Assembly (NCBI GenBank): GCA_027593235.1
Contig: JAQCIU010000019.1
Span: 1-64,000 of the forward strand
Length of the DNA: 64,000 bases
Direction: 5' to 3'
Source of the DNA: Chloroflexota bacterium
Lineage (GTDB): Bacteria; Chloroflexota; Dehalococcoidia; UBA2979
Shown here piece by piece: positions 55,012 to 64,000 of the stretch. A model generated the notes under the pieces. It was not told the DNA's origin, did no database searches, and was given only the letters and a program-made list of their open reading frames with translations. The position numbers were made by a program, and so were the translations under genes. Numbering within the stretch: the stretch's first letter is position 1; every line of letters begins with the position of its first letter.

Positions 55012-55808
55012 ACACCTCAGACGGGCCCGACTCGAACACGCCACCAGCCGTACCACCCGCCTCCGAGCGCCTCCAGAAGCTGCTGGCGCGTGCCGGGTTC
55101 GGTAGCCGCCGCGCCTGTGAACGGCTGATCACGGACGGTCAGGTCACGATCGACGGTCGTGTCGCCACGCTGGGTGAGCGGGCCGATCCGGCCTCGCAGG
55201 CGGTCGCCGTCGATGGTGTGTCGATCACCCTCCCCGACGACAACGTCACGCTGGTCCTGAACAAGCCTGTAGGTTATGTCGTGACCGCTGCTCCCGAGCG
55301 CGGTCAACGCAGCGTCTATGCGCTCTTCGATGCGCCGCCGCCACAGCTTCGTTATGTCGGTCGGTTGGACGCCGACACCGAAGGCCTGCTGCTTTTCACG
55401 ATGGACGGCGAGCTGGTCCATCGCCTGACCCATCCCCGCTATGAGGTGAACAAGGTTTACGAGGCCGTCGTTGGCGGTCATCCGTCCGAGGACGCCTTGG
55501 AACGCCTCCGCAGGGGCGTGGCGCTGGAGGACGGTTGGACCGCCCCGGCCGCCGTGCGCGTGGTGGAAACGCTGGCCGACGAGACCGTGCTGGAGCTGAC
55601 GATCCACGAGGGCCGCAAGCGCCAGGTCCGCCGGATGTGCCAGACGGTCGGCCATCCCGTGCACCGGCTGCGGCGCACCGCCTTCGGCCCGATCACCCTC
55701 GATGGCCTCGCGACCGGGGAGTCGCGCGCGCTCCGCGCGGACGAGCTGGCGGCGCTGCAGGCGATCGCCGGGCTGAGCGCCGTAGGCGGCGCGGAAGCAA
55801 CGCGCTAG
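54975..55808 (+). CDS. rluB: Pseudouridine synthase (RluB/RsuA family)
   Basis: S4 domain ERLQKLLARAGFGSRR, LNKP, VGRLD, EGRKRQVRRM; start uncertain. Confidence 0.9.
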   Translation: MADDRAPKARPLNTSDGPDSNTPPAVPPASERLQKLLARAGFGSRRACERLITDGQVTIDGRVATLGERADPASQAVAVDGVSITLPDDNVTLVLNKPVGYVVTAAPERGQRSVYALFDAPPPQLRYVGRLDADTEGLLLFTMDGELVHRLTHPRYEVNKVYEAVVGGHPSEDALERLRRGVALEDGWTAPAAVRVVETLADETVLELTIHEGRKRQVRRMCQTVGHPVHRLRRTAFGPITLDGLATGESRALRADELAALQAIAGLSAVGGAEATR

Positions 55809-55861
55809 ACGCTCGGATCGAGCCGTCGCTATGCTCGTTCGGCTTCAGCAGCACCCCAGGG

Positions 55862-56578
55862 ATGGCACGCGAGGAGCCTCGCATCGGATCCGACCCGCTT
55901 GCGCGCTCCATCGCGATTGATGGCCCAACGGCGGCCGGCAAGACCGTCGTTGGTCGCGCCGTGGCCGAACAGCTTGGGATCGGCTTCTTCGACACTGGCC
56001 TGATGTACCGCGGGTGCACGATGGCCGTACTCGACGCCGGCATCGATCCGGAGGATGCCGACCGCGTGCTCGCCCTCGTGCGTGAGCTTGACCTCGATAT
56101 GCGCTGGAGCGATCCGACGACCCCGCGACTCTTCCTCAAAGGCGTGGACGTCACGGATCAGCTGCGCACACCGGTGATCGAAGAAAACGTCTCGCTGGTC
56201 TCGCGCATCCCCGAGGTGCGCGACGAGCTGGTCCGGCGACAGCGCGCGATCGCCTCGCGCGAGCCGGTGGTGATGGCGGGACGCGATATCGGGACGCGCG
56301 TACTCACGGAGGCCCGCACGAAGGTCTTCCTTGATGCTTCGAGCGAGATCCGCGCGCGTCGCCGGCTGGGCGAGGAGCTAGACTCCGGACGCCCGTCTTC
56401 GTTCGACCAGGTGTTGCAAGCGACGCGACGGCGCGACGAGTTGGACGATTCGGGCCACCGTGCCGTGCGGCGCGAGCAGGCATCCGCGGACGCCGTGATC
56501 GTGGACACGGATCCACTGGGAATCGATCAGGTCGTCCAGGCCTGCGTGGATGCCTACCGCGCGGCGAACGGAGCATGA
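55862..56578 (+). CDS. cmk: Cytidylate kinase
   Basis: IAIDGPTAAGKT, DTGLMYR, MAGRDIGT, KVFLDAS. Confidence 0.93.
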   Translation: MAREEPRIGSDPLARSIAIDGPTAAGKTVVGRAVAEQLGIGFFDTGLMYRGCTMAVLDAGIDPEDADRVLALVRELDLDMRWSDPTTPRLFLKGVDVTDQLRTPVIEENVSLVSRIPEVRDELVRRQRAIASREPVVMAGRDIGTRVLTEARTKVFLDASSEIRARRRLGEELDSGRPSSFDQVLQATRRRDELDDSGHRAVRREQASADAVIVDTDPLGIDQVVQACVDAYRAANGA

Positions 56579-56579
56579 G

Positions 56580-57317
56580 ATGCGCCGCCTTACCAGGTTC
56601 TCCTACGCCACACTGACGGGAATGACGCGCGGGACCGCGCGATTGCTCGCGCGGATTGAACTCGTCGGCCTCGAGAACGTCCCGGCCGACGGCCCGGTGA
56701 TCCTGATCTGCAACCACGCCCACCTCGTGGACCCGCCGCTGGTCGCGTCATTCTCGCCGCGCGTCGCGCACACGATGGCGAAGCGCGAGCTGTTCGAGAC
56801 CCCGCTGGTCGGCTGGATCTTCTGGGCGGTGGCGGCCTTCCCGGTGCGCCGTTTCTCCGGCGACCTGGGCGCGCTGCGCGTTGCGCGGAACTATCTCCGC
56901 GACGGCGGCGTTGTGCTGATGTACCCGGAAGGGACACGGAACCACGGACGTGGGCTAAAGCCCGCGCTACCGGGAGCGGCGATGGTGGCACTGCTGACCG
57001 ATTCGCCGGTGATCCCGGTGGCGATCGATGGCAGTCAGCGGATTCGCTGGCGCACGATCCCGTTCCTCTGGTTGATTGGCCGCCGCCCGCGCATCCGCAT
57101 CGAGTACGGGAAACCGTTCAAGCTCGAGAAGGGCGCCGCGAGCGCGCAGGGTGCGATGGTTGCCACTGATCGCGTGATGCGCGAGGTCGCCGCGCTGCTC
57201 CCGGTGGAGTCACGCGGAGCCTACGGCGAACAGACCGCCGGTACGATCGTGGTCGCACGCGCGACGCCGGATCAACGCGAGAAGTTCGAGACCGAGCGCG
57301 GCAAGGACAGGGAGTAA
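56580..57317 (+). CDS. plsC: Lysophospholipid acyltransferase (PlsC family)
   Basis: NHAHLVD (HX4D), MAKRELF, FPVRR, YPEGTR, PVIPV. Confidence 0.88.
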   Translation: MRRLTRFSYATLTGMTRGTARLLARIELVGLENVPADGPVILICNHAHLVDPPLVASFSPRVAHTMAKRELFETPLVGWIFWAVAAFPVRRFSGDLGALRVARNYLRDGGVVLMYPEGTRNHGRGLKPALPGAAMVALLTDSPVIPVAIDGSQRIRWRTIPFLWLIGRRPRIRIEYGKPFKLEKGAASAQGAMVATDRVMREVAALLPVESRGAYGEQTAGTIVVARATPDQREKFETERGKDRE

Positions 57318-57321
57318 CACC

Positions 57322-59163
<1,842 letters not shown>

Positions 59164-59259
59164 CCGACTCGGTCCCGCCCGATCAGCCCGGGAACGCCCC
59201 GCGCAGGCGGCGGCTCTCCGGCGGGCCTCGGTGTGCCATTGACCTCGGACGTTGCGCGG

Positions 59260-61980
<2,721 letters not shown>

Positions 61981-62156
61981 CGCGGGCTCCCTCGATCCTC
62001 GGTCCACCGGGCTCATCGCTCGCGCTTGCGCTCGATCGCCCTGACGGGTGAACCGAACGATCGTGCCGCGACCCGGATTATAGGGGAGTAAAAGATTCGT
62101 CCGAAGACACGTCCAGCGGTGGACAGGGCTGCCGGCCGCTCGCAGACTCGGAACAG

Positions 62157-63215
62157 ATGCTCGACGCTACGCCCCCGTCCGCCGTAGACCTGCTCAGTGT
62201 GCGACAAGCGCTGGACGTGCGCGAGTCCCTGCTTGCGCCATGCGCGGCGCGTGAACTGACCTCGCGCGGTCGCGTTGAGCCCGAGGCCCCACAACGCCTG
62301 CGGCTCGCCTACCAGCTCGATCGCGATCGGATCATTCACACCCGCGCGTTCCGCCGTCTGAAGCACAAGACGCAGGTCTTCGTCACCCCGGACTCTGATC
62401 ACGTCGTCACCCGGATGACGCACACGATCGAGGTTCAGCAGATCGCGCGCACGATCGCCCGCGCGCTCAACCTCAACGAGGATCTGACCGAGGCGATCGC
62501 GATGGGGCACGACCTGGGCCACACCCCCTTCGGCCACGCTGGCGAGGAGGAACTGGGCCGCCTGCTGCCGGACGGCTTCCGCCACAACGAGCAGTCGCTC
62601 CGGATCGTCGAGCACCTCGAAAACGGCGGGCGCGGCCTCAACCTGATGTTCGAGACGCGCGACGGCATCCTCCGCCACTCGAAGGGCCGCGCGTCAGTCA
62701 CCAGCGAGGAAGGCTGGGGACTCCCCGCCACCCTCGAAGGCGAGATCGTCAAACTCTCCGACTCGATCGCCTATCTGAACCACGACATCCAGGACGCGAT
62801 CCGCGCCGGGTTGATCGAGGAACGTGATCTGCCTCCCGCGGCGCGGACGGTGCTCGGTGAGGATCACTCGATGCGCGTCGAAACGCTGGTCACCGACTGC
62901 GTGCTGTCCTCGTTGGCCACGTTCGACTCCGAACAGCCGACGATCGTCCTTGGTACCGCGGCGCTCGAAGCGACGGACGAACTCCGGGACTTCATGTTCG
63001 AGCGCGTCTATCTCCACGAACGAACGCTGGAGGACGCGGAGCGCGGCCAGCGCGTCGTCGCCGCGCTCTTCCGCTACTACGAGGGCCAACCAAACGAGAT
63101 CAGCGGCTGGTCACTACCGGACGATCCGGCCTGGCGCCGTGCCGCGGATTACGTCTCCGGCATGACCGATCACTACGCACTGAAGCGGGCGCGCGAACTC
63201 GGACTCCTGGACTGA
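62157..63215 (+). CDS. dgt: HD-domain dNTP triphosphohydrolase (dGTPase-like)
   Basis: DRDRIIH..AFRRLKHKTQVF, GHDLGHTPFGHAGE, AYLNHDIQD, DYVSGMTD. Confidence 0.93.
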   Translation: MLDATPPSAVDLLSVRQALDVRESLLAPCAARELTSRGRVEPEAPQRLRLAYQLDRDRIIHTRAFRRLKHKTQVFVTPDSDHVVTRMTHTIEVQQIARTIARALNLNEDLTEAIAMGHDLGHTPFGHAGEEELGRLLPDGFRHNEQSLRIVEHLENGGRGLNLMFETRDGILRHSKGRASVTSEEGWGLPATLEGEIVKLSDSIAYLNHDIQDAIRAGLIEERDLPPAARTVLGEDHSMRVETLVTDCVLSSLATFDSEQPTIVLGTAALEATDELRDFMFERVYLHERTLEDAERGQRVVAALFRYYEGQPNEISGWSLPDDPAWRRAADYVSGMTDHYALKRARELGLLD

Positions 63216-63312
63216 CCGCACACCTCGATACGCATTCGCGCCTGCTGACGTTCCGAACATCCTTGCTACAATCACACGTCTCCCCACCTGGCAATGCGAC
63301 GGTGCGCCCCTC

Positions 63313-64000
63313 ATGCAACGGGCAACCCCGGTCGTGATGCAGGACGCTCGCAGATACGGACCGGGCCAGGAGGACGGTACGAACCGCCAGGTGCGCGCTC
63401 CGATGCTTGCCGGACTGGTGATTGTCCTGCTCTCCACGATCGCCGTTGCGACGATCGTGCTGCTTGATCGCGCCTCGAGCGGCCGCGACGAGCAGGTGAG
63501 CGCGCAGGCGACGCCGGACGACCCGTACGCGGGGCTCAGCGGCGTCATCGCCCGGGCGGTCCTGACCACCAACCTGCGAGCCACCCCGGGCCGGCAGTCC
63601 GACATCCTGGCAATCGTTCCCACGCAGCAACTCACCCGCGTCACCGGACGCAACGCCGATGGCGACTGGCTCCGCGTCACCTACCCCGCCGGCTTTGATC
63701 TGGCGGGCTGGGCGCCTCGCACCAGCTTCGCGGTCGAACGCGGCGAGCTTGCCACGGTCGCCGTCGCGTCGATCGTGGTCGCCAGCCCCGCCGACGGCGT
63801 GACCATCCCAGGCACCGAGGGCGCTCCGCTCCCCGATCTCACGATGATCGATGCCTATCTCCTGCCGAATGGCAGCCTCACGCTGGTGGTCGAGAACGTC
63901 GGCACCGGCCGCTTCATCGGGACGATCGGGCTGCAGGTGACGAGCGGCAGCGGCGAACTCCTCGGGGTGCTCGATACGCAGGAGACGAGCCTGCTTCCCA
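63313..64000 (+). CDS. Partial membrane-anchored SH3b (+ CARDB-like) domain protein, runs off the window end
   Basis: Open frame from ATG 63313: TM helix, NLRATPG...VTGRNADGDWLRV...GW (SH3b), PLPDL...VENVGTG; absent from the ORF track because it has no stop in the window. Confidence 0.75.
   Translation, partial: MQRATPVVMQDARRYGPGQEDGTNRQVRAPMLAGLVIVLLSTIAVATIVLLDRASSGRDEQVSAQATPDDPYAGLSGVIARAVLTTNLRATPGRQSDILAIVPTQQLTRVTGRNADGDWLRVTYPAGFDLAGWAPRTSFAVERGELATVAVASIVVASPADGVTIPGTEGAPLPDLTMIDAYLLPNGSLTLVVENVGTGRFIGTIGLQVTSGSGELLGVLDTQETSLLP

Noticed and set aside
62151-62162. GAAC-AGAT-GCTC as an SOS box at dgt
   Set aside because: One core mismatch, overlaps an uncertain start codon, and is plausible by chance in 64 kb

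Overview
High-GC bacterial chromosomal window. Gene content and order (AroK-AroB fusion, baseplate-J-like gene between alaS and ruvX, atypical PurN, GAAC-N4-GTTC SOS box) suggest Chloroflexota/Dehalococcoidia, but that assignment is an inference. From about 27.5 kb to 64 kb it is mostly housekeeping: moeA-mobB; alaS-[baseplate J-like]-ruvX-mltG-aroE-orf-aroC-aroKB-acyP; glmU; corC-like; dprA-topA-xerC-aroQ-Xaa-Pro peptidase-efp-xseAB-purN; rluB-cmk-plsC-glmS; ppdK; dgt. The first 27.5 kb is accessory and holds the most interesting signals. (1) An ECF41 (SigJ) operon with a near-consensus ECF41 promoter contains an AhpD/CMD-family gene with an in-frame UGA in a CxxU motif and a SECIS-like hairpin 11 nt downstream, i.e. 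a probable selenoprotein split by the ORF caller. (2) An orphan lambda-like cI/cro switch has back-to-back promoters, a probably leaderless cI and a neighbouring SOS-box gene, but no integrase or virion genes. (3) A Cys-rich GAF kinase and NarL-type regulator are divergent from a Rieske protein with repeated His motifs. (4) A large lipoprotein is interrupted by one in-frame amber codon between putative catalytic His and Cys motifs. An LLM oxidoreductase is frameshifted in a G7 run, and EF-P lacks the PGKG loop. No rRNA, tRNA, CRISPR array or IS element was seen. All annotation is by eye from motifs; no searches were run.
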